A stretch of DNA of 63,279 nt, the filler included, from Asterionella formosa (taxonomy: Eukaryota): assembly GCA_002256025.1 (NCBI GenBank). It is 7 parts of 7 records of this genome, joined end to end, with 100 filler letters (N's around TTAATTAATTAA, not from the genome) between each part and the next. Parts side by side here need not be neighbours in the genome. Positions count along the whole stretch, not along the records: positions 18,126 to 27,087 come from NKIB01011389.1; positions 27,188 to 36,146 come from NKIB01011405.1; 5 more parts are not named here. One strand, written 5' to 3'. The stretch's first letter is position 1; every line of letters starts with the position of its first letter. Made by a program: the position numbers and the translations under genes. The notes under the pieces are model-generated. The model ran no database searches. It was given only the letters and a program-made list of their open reading frames with translations, and was not told the DNA's origin. Below, piece by piece: positions 24,310-36,146 of this stretch.

Positions 24310-27300
24310 ATTTATATTACCTGTTGTAACATCTTGCTGCCTGCTAACATCAAGTCAAGTTCAGTGTATATTCTCTTTTTGTTGGAGAGACAAGCACTTC
24401 TTGCTTTTTTACGCGCTATCAATTCCCAGGTGCCGTATGCAATTTGTAGCAAAAAGTGCGCATTTGTGGTTGCATCACCTGAAAAGTTCTATGAGAAGGC
24501 TTGGAGCCTCATTAAATGAACCAGGAATTATTTCCACCACAATGCCAGCAGCATTCCCCAAAGATCTAATGTTATGTCTAGGTCATGGTTGCTTCGATAC
24601 CAGTATTCAGTGCTTTTTGAATAGTTGACCATTTTTGTGTTTTTTTCGCGATGGTAATTTCAAGAATTGCTGATTTGTTTCCTTCATGTGGACATTCAAC
24701 TGAAATCTTTCATCAACGAAAATGTTATTTCTAGATGAAGTGTCATCTGGCTGGTTTGATCGAACAAGGAATCGACAGGTTAAATTGCAGTCCTTGTTAC
24801 GCCATGTCTATGTATGTTCGCTTAGGCTTATGAGGTTCATATGGCTCATTCGTTTTGAGACTCGGCCATCGCGACACCGCCTACCGAACTCGTTGATGAC
24901 AGGCTTGCGCGTATATGGCATTTTCAAATACAAAAATAACCGGCCGTGTATACAGAATTAATAAATTAGTATATGAAAATGATTCATGTTTGATGTGCGA
25001 CCCAAATGTCGCTGCTGGCCTGCAGTTGACCCATTATCCTGCTACATAGGAATGTTCCGCAGCTCGACCGAATAAGATTAAACGATCGTTTACTTCCCGC
25101 CACGTTGCACGCGTCAAGGAAGCAGGCAGCGCCGAATGTGTTCTATTTTAAGAACTGCTGCGTTTTAAATGTATGTTCCACTTGCTTGCTGCTACGGGTA
25201 TCAGGCTAAGTACCGGTAATTCTCCTGATAATGGTAACCTGGTGCCACCAAAAACCTGGGAGTCACATGAAGGCGTAGCTAATCACACGGTTTTGACCTA
25301 CCGGTAGTTTGGTACAATATTCACTTGCTTCGCTACATAGACCTACTCTTTAAATACCGGTACATAATAAAAGTTCTACTATGCATATCATGTACAATAA
25401 TATCATAGGCCCTTTTATGTACATATACAAAGGCTACCGGTAGCTGACATGTACCACCGGAATACTGATTCTTACTCTAAACGTACACCAGTACATATCT
25501 TAGAGACAATCCGGCACACAAAATAAATGGGTATAATTATGTGGTACTTCACGTGAATTAATGCTTCTCTTTCCGTAAAAAGGTTACTTTTAACGGTTTC
25601 ATCTTCACAAAAAAACTTTGAAATCAAGACTGAATCAGTTGATATTTCAAATAATTCATTTCTAAGTTCAACAAGTCCTGCTCTTGAGGCAAATTCATTT
25701 ATGACATGCATCTTGTTCCTTTGTGAAATAGTAAGGATAGTTGTGGTGTCTTAATTCATGCTACAGTTTATGGCTGTGCACTTCATGTAAATAACATTTA
25801 CTATTATACTGAACAAGATTACTTGTCATGGTTTCATGTGATGGTTCACAATCATATGGTTATTTCAAAGGCAGGACTAGTTGATGATACAACTAATTAT
25901 TTTAAAAGTTCAAGAAACATTTTTTAGAGGATAAATCATTGCAAAAGAAAACTTCACTACTAATTGTTTGATTGCAATCTGCCCTTAATTGATTGAGAAA
26001 AATGGAGCAAAATGGATCTCGAGAAATATCGCGACATGATTCGTGATGCAAGCAACAACCAACCCTAATGAGCACAAAAAAAGGTATGGAACAAATCATT
26101 TAATATTTAATTTGAAATACTTAACTATATACCTTTTCGAATTAGTGTGTGTTATCGACTGAAAATTTTCTGAGTGCTATCGGGCATGAATTGATGGAGA
26201 AAATCGAAGCAATGTGGTTGTCGGCAACTGGGTGCATGAAGCATACTATCAACAATCATCCTTACCATCAATATTGTCAGCATCCAATATGAATTCTCTT
26301 ATTCTTTTACCTAAACTATATTTCTCATGATTTCTAAAGATACAAAATAAATAAATAACATACCTGTAATGTGAATATGTCTGGAATGGCGTCGTGATGC
26401 TGAGTGTGTTGACCTCAGCTAATGAATAGATATGGTACCTGGGACCAGGTACCGGTATAAAAGGCCTATATAGGGCTATAATACATACTACCTGGGCTAC
26501 CAGGTAGCAGGTACCTGCAAAATGCGGTAATTTTGCTGAAACTAAGGATTTAGCTCTCTTTATCACAGATTAAAATGTTAGTTTAAGCAAAATGACCGCA
26601 ACTTGCTACCTGGTACCTTGGGTCTTTTAACGCTGCACTCAGACAGACTAGCAAATAGCTATACTGTATCGTACCACCAGGTACTCCTGGCTGGTAGGAA
26701 CCAGATCGTCATTACAAGTGTGAGACTGTAGGTTTGCCCTACCAGTATTTCCCTCTTCCCCTTCTTGTTACAATAGGAATTATACCATTCGTACTGTGAA
26801 ACTGTACTCATTTCTACTTGCGTACTGTGGAACTGTAGGTTGCTTTGCTCTACCAGTATTCCCGTATTCCCCTTGTTACAATAGAATATGGCGTTAAAAA
26901 AAATCGAATTAAATGGATTGCAATTTAATACTCAAATATTCTACTTCTGTTCACCCATACTTTCCACTGTGCATCCTCTATCAGAATGAGCACACAGTGA
27001 TCTTCAATACCTTAATTTTCACTTCCGGTAACTATGTTTAGATCATTGCCTTTTCAAAATGAAATGAGAGAGTAAACGAAATTGATGNNNNNNNNNNNNN
27101 NNNNNNNNNNNNNNNNNNNNNNNNNNNNNNNTTAATTAATTAANNNNNNNNNNNNNNNNNNNNNNNNNNNNNNNNNNNNNNNNNNNNACAACAAGAACGA
27201 TGCCTTTGTAAAAATTGTTCGTCCATGAACTCACTCTGCGACCGTTGTTCACTGATTGCAGACAATCAATTTGATGAGGGCTGGGTTGGACATTGGGGAA

Positions 27301-28128
27301 CATGGTAAGGAGCACACAGAACCGAAATCATGGCTTCGCAACTTTTGCTATCTCATCAACTCACTCTGCAAATGCTGTTGCCCTCTTGTTTCTACAGCAG
27401 ACAATCAATCTGAGCAATGAGAATGAGCAGCCGGCTCATTTGCTATGAATTGATCTACCGATACTAGCAACAGGACTCCTGCAAGTATGAGTAGCCAGGC
27501 AATCTTGTGAGTCGTTACAGCATCCAGCTGCAAGAATGAACATCCATTGCTTGTCGTATTGGTTTGAGAATCACGTTCTATAGAAAGTATCAATATAAAC
27601 TACTATATAGCTAGCGAAGCGATTAATTTGATTGATTTTGCGATTGTAGAATGAAATTGAAAAAGTGAATTGGTTACACATAATTATTTGTTTGACTAGC
27701 ATATATATTTGTTTAACCTTGAGGTATTAATGTGATCAAAGTAAAGATAAAATGGGAGCAAACTAACAGAATTAATGGTAGTCAGAGTGAAGAATATTTG
27801 TGAACGGAAATGTTGCGAATTGTCGAGAAAAGTACCGTATTATAGAGATTATTACTGAACCAATTTTTCTTCGTGTCGCAAGAAAATATTGTCAGTTGGC
27901 CCCAAAAATTATGTGGGTTTCTAAAATAATTATGGAAGTTGTCGAAACTATTTTAGTTCACTCCGTCCATATATATTGTATGATGCATCATATTTTTTTG
28001 TGATGTCATACCCTTAAATTATGTACGTAGCTAAATTCGTCATATTGGCCCACCCAAATAATTAATTTGGGTGATCATATTTGACTAGCGTTTTTTTGTG
28101 GCGGCTGTACCAGTAATCGGCGTTGTAG

Positions 28129-28530
28129 ATGTACAGTCATGATACCTGTCCAACATGTCAAGACCGGTTGATTGTAGAGTCAGATGTGGAGGGATGTGAG
28201 AGTCACATCTTCTGCGAATGCTGAGATTTTGGATGCCCTGAATGTCAGTGCCGATGGGATGAAGTCGAAGAGTTGGTGGAAAATTTCTTAGAAGATGATA
28301 ACATTCTCAGCAAACTGAAGGATGAAGAGATTACGGCGTCAAGAGCCCGCAACCTTCTATACAAGTTTTTAATCAGAGTTTACTGTGGACCATTGGGAAA
28401 AGTTGTTCTCATGGAACTTCCTGACTGTTGTTTGAAGGGGGTTCGATCCCAATTGAAAAGCAAGGACCGAAACGAAGAGTACACTGGCTTCAAACCTGTT
28501 TCTAAACGTTCAAAATCTAGTAGTGATTAG
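28129..28530 (+). pseudogene. Cys-rich protein resembling the P2X7 cytoplasmic ballast domain; in-frame TGA at 28222-28224
   Basis: MYSHDTCPTC...CESHIFCEC*DFGCPECQCRW...RNLLYKFLIRVYCGPLGKVVLMELPDCCLKGVRSQL...EYTGFK fits the recalled R..Y...G.LG...LP.C....R...YtGF pattern. Confidence 0.6.
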
Positions 28531-28774
28531 TTTATTTTATTATTTTCATTCACTTCAATAGAATATTTTGCATCAATGCACCTAGTACATATCAAAACAG
28601 TACAGGTCACCAGTACAAATCTACAAAGGTACAAGATACAACTATATTATACTGTACAGTAAAGTGTTAGCATTGTCGTACAACCATATCATTGACATCA
28701 AAAACAAACACACCATGACGATCACACCGTCCATTGTTTCTCATTCAATTCTTGTCCAATTGGCAAAGTCTTTA

Positions 28775-28850
28775 ATTGATTCAGTGAACCCAACTCATCT
28801 TCAAATATGACATTGATTCAGTGAACCCAACTCATCTTCAAATATGACAT
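28775..28850. repeat. Perfect short tandem duplication (attgattcagtgaacccaactcatcttcaaatatgac x2)
   Basis: Direct reading. Confidence 0.9.
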
Positions 28851-29158
28851 GAAGATCTTTTTCGTACCGACACCAAGCAATTACATTTTTCAAACCATAA
28901 CATCGATGTACCATCATGCCACAACTGTTGCCATGACATGCCCATGGAATTGCCAAACTCCACCTAAAAGTAACAACAAATATTGCCACTTCACCATGTC
29001 AGTCGGGACGCACCCGCAAATGCGATATATATATATATTTGACATGCATAACATAATAATAATGTATAACATTTTTACATGGCCATCACTCCGGTAAGTA
29101 CAACACAGTGCACTTCTACATATTGATATCAAAAGACAAACAACCGGTACTAACACAT

Positions 29159-29913
29159 TCATTCTCATACCAGTTTCCATCTATAGGATTAGTCATACTG
29201 TGTGCTACAGTTACATGCCCAGCCCTAGAAGGGCTGGATGCTCCATAGGGATGACGCCTATAGGCGTCTTTCCTTTTCCCTCACCCTATAGTATAGGCAT
29301 ACCACTCCATCTGCCGGACTCACATCACGGGTGGCGGGTATATTACATATATTATTATCCAGTACCTGGTACACAGATTACCTGGTACCGGTATACCGAT
29401 TCCGACAAAGGCTTGTCTGTGTATATAATATTTTATATACTACCAGGTACTGGCATCTATGACCGATGCACACAAATGCCTCATACCGGTACATGTGGAT
29501 ACTTATCGATTGAGACACCATACCGGTCACCATCTGCATAGCATACAACGCGCTAGACAAAATATAATCACAATATCCATCAGATGCCATACCGGTACAC
29601 ACATGTGTTAACGTCCATCACGGAGGTCGAAGGGGAGTGGGGGGTGTACAGCAGATACTCCTGTTGCGCAAATCCTATGGAAAAATTAACAATTTACCCA
29701 TAGTAAACCACACCATAGTACCCCTCTCACACTATCAATCATCAAGCGGCCAACCATCACGCTACGCTTACTTGGGACAGCTACCAGGTACCAGGGCTCG
29801 TACGCATACACCGTACCATCACCAAGCATTGAGTCCTTACTACACTCGAACACATTGCTTGTCCGCATTATTACATGGATGAGTTTTCGAGCCTCAAAGG
29901 CACGACTAGAAAT
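29159..29913 (+). mobile_element. Non-coding dispersed element, possibly a non-autonomous Helitron; 5' part recurs at 30359-30486 and 3' part at 55905-56436
   Basis: Copies align by eye; 5' TC start; internal palindromes ccagccctagaagggctgg and gacgcctataggcgtc; 3' hairpin tcgagcctcaaaggcacga followed by CTAG. Confidence 0.55.
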
Positions 29914-30489
29914 TTAGCCTGCCTTTGATACTGGCAAGTACTAAGCTAAAGCTTCGTTTCTCCCATACTCAGATATAGCTTTGTCTACTCTTATTAGGCA
30001 ATTTCTACTAGTCTAGTACAAATTACCGTACTGCTCTATACTTTTGTCCCACGTGCACAAGCGAGACAACCAATTTGAACCAACTGTACTACAGGTGTAC
30101 GAACATACTTCTGTAAGTTGACCAAACGTCTGGAGTCGTGATTGAGCATTGCTGGAGCAATAGCTCAGGTCGGCTTCTTAAGCCGAAGACGCCAGTCGAA
30201 ATTATGCACATCCAGTGCCCACTTTCTTGTCATACACTCGCGAGTTTATGGTTATCAGGTCGCAATGATCCCATTGCAGTCCTGACGTTTCTTTGTGGTT
30301 CCTCAAACTCGTTTCTTTCTTTTCCATCCCACCCTCCCTGCGGTTAACCCTAACCCTATCATTCTCATACCAGTTTCCATCTATAGGATTAGTCATACTG
30401 TGTGCTACAGTTACATGCCAGCCCTAGAAGGGCTGGATGCTCTATAGGGATGACGCCTAGAGGCATTGTCCCTTTTCCCTAACCCTAAC

Positions 30490-30937
30490 ATTGCAATCAG
30501 AATCATCGTGATACCTCCTGCTTCAGCAATCGTCACCTTGTTGTCGTCATTCAAAGCCAAGTACCAAAGTGCTTCACAACCATTCTCTTGCACATTAGCA
30601 TTGGAGGAATGAGTCTTCATTGCAGACAGAATCATAGTGATACCTCCTGCTACAGCAATTGTCACCCTGTTGTAATCATTCAAAGCCAAGTTCCAAAGTG
30701 CTCCAAAACCATAGTATTGCACATTAGCATTTGAGGAATGAGTCTTCATTGCAGACAGAATCGTAGTGATACCTCCTGCTTCAGCAATCGTCACATCATT
30801 GTTGTCATTATTATTAACCAAGTCCATAAGTGCTCCACAACCATTCTTTTGCACATTAGCATTGTAGAAATGAAACTTCATTGCAGACAGAATCGTAATT
30901 ATACCTCCTGCTTCAGCAATCCTCACCTGGTTCTTGT
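30490..30937 (-). pseudogene. Out-of-frame block of ~3.5 ARM repeats just downstream of the kinase, ending at a repeat/telomere-like junction
   Basis: Same repeat units as 32110-33050; begins at acaagaaccaggtgagg overlapping the kinase stop and ends at ccctaaccctaac (30477-30489). Confidence 0.8.
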
Positions 30938-33362
30938 TAGATTAACAAGTTGACCCATTTCTTCAACCAATTCACTAGTTTTTGGCCTCTTCATGCGATA
31001 AGTCTGAATGCAACGAATGGCTAATGAGCACACAGAGGACAAAATTCCATCTTTCCATTCATCTGCAAGAGGATCAACATCCTCCATCAATTTTGGAATT
31101 GCCGACATTGGGGACGATTCAAAATCTTCAATGTAGAGTTCAACAAAATCTCCCTTCTTCCCATATTGGAGGCAGCCTATCACAAGCTCGATCATGACAA
31201 TGCCAAAAGAGAAAACTTCACATGATGCTTCAAATGTCTTATTTCCACGAGAATACCATGGACATATGTAGCCAGGTGTCCCAAAGATTCCATTACATGA
31301 TGTGTTCCGAACTGAAAAAGGAATTCCACTGGTTAAAATGGAGTCATCCACAAGAAAAAATTTGGCTAGGCCACAATCAATCAGCTTGGCAGTGTAGTTC
31401 TGATCAAGGCAGATATTAGATGACTTGATGTCGCGATGAAACAGACCAAGGTTGTCATTTGTACCAGTATGAAGGTAGTGGATGGCACAAATAATGTCGG
31501 ACATGATTCGAACTCGGATCTCACTTGAGAGACTTTCTCTTCTTTGTTCACTCGTATAGAAAGTATCCAGCGAACCATTGGATGCAAACTCATACACCAG
31601 GTATTGAGAAGGTGAACCAGCGGACAAATGATAGCCATATAAAGATACAATATGAGGGTGTCTGAACCTCTTCAATGCCTGAAATAGAATAAGAAAAGAA
31701 TGAGAAACATTAAGCCTTGAAAAGACATCCAATAAATGATACCACACATGAGCTCACCGCCAATTCAATTTTGAAAGTTTTGCTAACTTCCTTCACCTTA
31801 TCTTTTGCAACAGCAATATCGAAAAGAATACGTTTAACAGCAAAGTACTGATTGTCATCCTTCCCTTTGTAGACAGCACCAAAAGCTCCTTCACCTAGTT
31901 TTAAGGCATTATCAAAGTTGTTTGTACAACTAATAATGAATTCCACAGGAAGCTCAATTGGCCTTGAATCCACGTTGTCAATAGCTTCCTTCATTTTCAA
32001 CCGACCTTCAGAAATGCGATCAGTTGAATTGCTACTGCTTGGTGTTGGAGTTGTTAAGGGAGAAAGATCCACTGTCTTGGTGGTTGTTGAAATTGGTTGA
32101 ATCATACGAAGTGCTTCATGACCTTTTTCATAAACACCAACATTGGATAGGTGATTTCGAATAGCAGATTGAATTGCAACTTCTCCACCAGCATTGGTAA
32201 TCATCACCTTGTTGTTGTCATTATTAGTAACCAACTTCATAAGTGCTGTACAACCACAGTATTGCACAAAAGGATTGGAGGAATGGTTATCCATTGCAGA
32301 TAGAATCGTCGTGATACCTCCTGCTTCAGCAATCGTCACCTTGTTGTTGTCATTCAAAGCCAAGTACCAAAGTGCGCCACAACCATTCTCTTGCACATCA
32401 GCATTTGAGGAATGAGACTTCATTGCAGACAGAATCGTAGTGATACCTCCTGCTTCAGCAATCGTCACCCTGCTGTAATCATTCAAAGCCAAGTTCCAAA
32501 GTGCTCCAAAACCATAGTATTGCACATTAGCATTTGAGGAATGAGACTTCATTGCAGACAGAATCGTCGTGATACCTCCTGCTTCAGCAATCGTCACCTT
32601 GTTGTCGTCATTCAAAGCCAAGTACCAAAGTGCTCCACAACCATTCTCTTGCACATTAGCATTCGAGGAATGAGTCTTCATTGCAGACAGAATCGTAGTG
32701 ATACCTCCTGCTTCAGCAATCCTCACCTGGTTCTTGTCATTATTCCAAGCCAAGGTCTGAAGTGCTCCACAACCATAGTATTGCACATTAGCAGTTGAGG
32801 AATGAGACTTCATTGCAGACAGAATCGTAGTGATACCTCCTGCTTCAGAAATCGCCACCTTGTTATTGTCATTATTATTAACCAAGTCCATAAGTGCTGC
32901 ACAACCATAGTGTTGTACATAAGCATTGGAGGAATGCATCTTCATCGCAGACAGAATCGTAGTGATACCTCCTGCTGCAGCAATTGTCACACTGTTGTTG
33001 CCATTATTCGCAGCCAAGTTCGCAAGCTCCATGAGACCTTCTTTTTGAATGTCATCGTTCCGTTCATTCATTTGCATCTTTGAAAGAATTGTAGCTATCG
33101 GAGAAGAAATTGAAGTGGTACAAGCCCCTTGATTATTCCTAAGTTCTTGATCGCATTCAGGGCAGCTCGCTTTTACAGTCTTCCAGCCTCCAAATCTCTT
33201 CTTTTTGCGAAGCTGAATGTCTGAGTGATAACGACAGAATCCCTTCCTAATGAGCTCTGCTTGTACACCATGCTCACTTACAATTGGAGCTTCACGCAGA
33301 TAGTGGGCAGGGGAAAATGTAGGGGCTATTAGTGCAGCTGAAGGTGAGGCGACATTCCCCAT
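30923..33362 (-). CDS. ARM-repeat IRAK/Pelle(RLK)-like protein kinase with a predicted N-myristoylation site; exons 33362-31758 and 31678-30923
   Basis: MGNVAS start; ~7 ARM repeats (IAEAGGITTILSAMKSHSSNANVQ..GC.AL..LA); TNNFDNALKLGEGAFGAVYKG, FAVKRI, HPHIVSLYGY, HRDIKSSN, DCGLAK, GTPGYICP, EVFSFGIV; GCG|gtgagc...cag|GCA intron. The longer track start (33512) is also possible. Confidence 0.9.
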
Positions 33363-33777
33363 GTTGGATTGATTTGAGGATTGTTTTACCGGCTGCCTCC
33401 TCCGAATTTTACATGCTTTGATTTGCCTGATGATTTTTCTTTGTCCTGGTCGTGTTTGAACTACATAATTCTTTAGTTCGTTCACTGCCTCTCGTGGAAT
33501 TCTAGAGTACATCCAAGCTCTATGGCTGGTTGCAACCTGAAGATTAATATAGTAGGATACGTAGGCCTCAGTATAGATTTTCAGTTACACATCGCGAGGT
33601 CTGTTTTCTTCCAAAATAATTTTATTATGTACTTTAATCTACACAGTACGTACAACTAAATAAAATAGTTAAAGGTTATTTTAGTGGGTCACAGCAGTTT
33701 TTTACTGGTACATAAGTCTTGCTTCTACAGGTAGATGACCGAGCGCTCAAGTACCTGAATACGCTAGCGTCTACTAC

Positions 33778-33811
33778 AGTACCAGGTACCAGGTACCAGG
33801 TACCTGGTACC
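33778..33811. repeat. Tandem GGTACC(A/T) 7-mer array, the clearest example of a motif found across the window
   Basis: agtaccaggtaccaggtaccaggtacctggtacc. Confidence 0.9.
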
Positions 33812-34079
33812 CGCACCTTTCACCTTCAGGTATAGCGCACTCTGGTATTGCTTCACCAGTATACCGGTATGTAGCCGGTACAAAAAATTGTAAAGACAGG
33901 TACCGTTGTATTGTTGTTAGATCGGGGTACATGTACATACCGGTATACCTAATACAGCATAGGAGTACATACCAGTGTAATATCAAGGCTCGCTGATTTT
34001 GCTCACTCATTTTCTCCAAATTGCACAAGGAATACTGGCACTACATACTGTCAACCATACTGGTGCTCTATCTTGCCAG

Positions 34080-34445
34080 TCCTTTTTCATTATCTTCACC
34101 ACATCATCCATCATTCCACTGCCAGTTACATTCCCATTGCTTTCCCATCATCACTGCCCCTGCCTCTCAAGTCAACACTGCCTCAAGGACGAGTCTTATT
34201 GCTTTTTACTGATCATTGCTCAAACCACTCAATAATCATCCCTGCTGCTTTCCCATCATTTCCTGCGACTCACTCATCATCATCATCATCACTTGGCCTT
34301 CATCCTTCCTGTTCCATTCCCATAATTGCTCCAATACCCATCATCCCAGCTTCATTTTTGCTGCTTTCCCATCATTTCCGGCGACTCTCTCATCATCACT
34401 TCACCATCATCCTTCCTGTTCCATTCCCATAATTGCTCCAATAGA
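34080..34445. repeat. Low-complexity degenerate repeats (gctttcccatcat / ttccattcccataattgctccaata)
   Basis: Recurring strings; explains the His/Pro/Ser-rich spurious ORFs here. Confidence 0.7.
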
Positions 34446-34805
34446 CAGTCTCATGCTTCTTTGTGAATATCGCCTGCTATGCTGCGTTTCAATTCTAGAT
34501 GTATCAGGTTCTTAGAGAGACGATGTTACGGAGAAGTAGACTGTGCTGTTCTATAATGGATGCTATTTAGCTATGATTGATGTTGTAACACTGATTGATG
34601 CTCCAGTGACAGACCGGCCGGAAATATTCGTCTTGTGTGATGAGCCATTTAATTTTCATTGGATTTCTTCTTTTCAAGCTCTTAACGGATTGCATACATA
34701 CATGCTGTACAATGCAGCCAGATGATGATTGATCGAAGACATATGATGACTTGAACAACAAATGAAGATTTTATCACAAATACTCGCTCCTCTCAACATG
34801 ACTGC

Positions 34806-36146
34806 TTTGTCGTTGTTGTTGCAAGAATCAGAGAGAGGACTGGCAAGGATGATGAGCCAAACCACATTACTTTAACTGGTTCATTATCCTACAAAGAAAT
34901 GTAAATAAAGGAAACTAAAAGATACAATACATATAATAATTAAATTTCCATAGTAGTCAAAAGGGTTAATACTTAAATTACAAGGGCATTTATCAAAATT
35001 ATTAGATGATATAACGAAAAATTATGATCAGATGATCATAACCCTATGATGCATCATAGGAATATGATGTTTTTTTTTGCAGACGTTGATAGTACCTTAT
35101 TCTATACTATGAGCCAATAAATTGAGACGTTAAACATGGTGTGTTGATTGAATATTGATGAAGTTATAGGGGAATCGGTATTGGTAAACTATGATTACCA
35201 AATTGTGTGGTTTTGTTATGAAATGACATAGTGACCTCATCTGGAGGATTTTCCTTGTTGTATGAATGACCTATTGATAGTCCCTTATTCCATACTATGA
35301 GCTAATGAATTGAGACGTTCAACATGCATGGTTTGTTGATTGAATATTGATGAAGTTATAGGGGAATCAGTATTGGGAAACCATGATTACCAAACTGTGT
35401 GGTTTTGTTATGAAATGACATAGTAGTGACCTCATCTGGAGGATCTTCCTTGTTATATGAATGATATATTGATAGTAACTTATTTTATACTGTGTTCCCA
35501 TGAATTGAGACGTTCAACATGGTGGTTGGTTGATTGAATATTGATGAAGTTATAGGTGAATCAGTATTGGGAAACCATCATTACTAAATGGTGTGGCTTT
35601 GTTATGAAATGATATCATATTGACATCATCTGGAAGATGATCCTTGCTTGTTGTATGAATGACATATTGATAGTCCCTTATTCCATACTATGATGAAGTT
35701 ATAGGGGAATCGGTATTGGTAAACTATGATTACCAAATTGTGTGGTTTAGTTATGAAATGATATAGTGACCTCATCTGGAGGACTGTACTTGTCGCAGGA
35801 ATGATGTATTCATATTAGCTACCTTATTCTATACTGTATACCAGTGAACTATGGTGTCCAACAAGATGCATTCATCTGCAAATAAAAACCATCATATTTC
35901 CATGATGCATCATAGGATTGTGATCATCTGATCATAATTTTTCGTTATATCATCTAATAATTGTGATAAATGCCCTCGTAATTAAAATAGTAACCCTTTT
36001 GACTATGGAAATTTATTAATATATGTATTGTTTCTTTTAGGTTCCTTTATTTAAATTTCTTGGTAGGAGAATGTACCAGTGAAAGTAATGTGGTTTGGCT
36101 CATCATCCTCTCCAGTCCTCACTCTGATTCTTGCAACAACGACAAA
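34806..36146. mobile_element. Foldback-like structure: ~275-bp inverted arms (34806-35084 and 35874-36146) around ~4 tandem ~190-bp units
   Basis: tttgtcgttgttg...gcaagaatcagag and gatgatgagccaaaccacattac recur as reverse complements at the scaffold end; tandem units start at ~35086, 35274, 35469 and 35667. Confidence 0.8.

Noticed and set aside
28222..28224. In-frame TGA in a Cys-rich ORF as selenocysteine
   Set aside because: No SECIS-like element recognised downstream, and CGA>TGA decay is the simpler explanation.
29200..29882. Short ORFs duplicated at 55923-56515 (e.g. MGGVQ.ILLLRKSYGK)
   Set aside because: They lie inside a dispersed repeat and indels between copies break the frames.
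33999..34515. His/Pro/Ser-rich ORFs
   Set aside because: Produced by low-complexity catcat/ttccc repeats.
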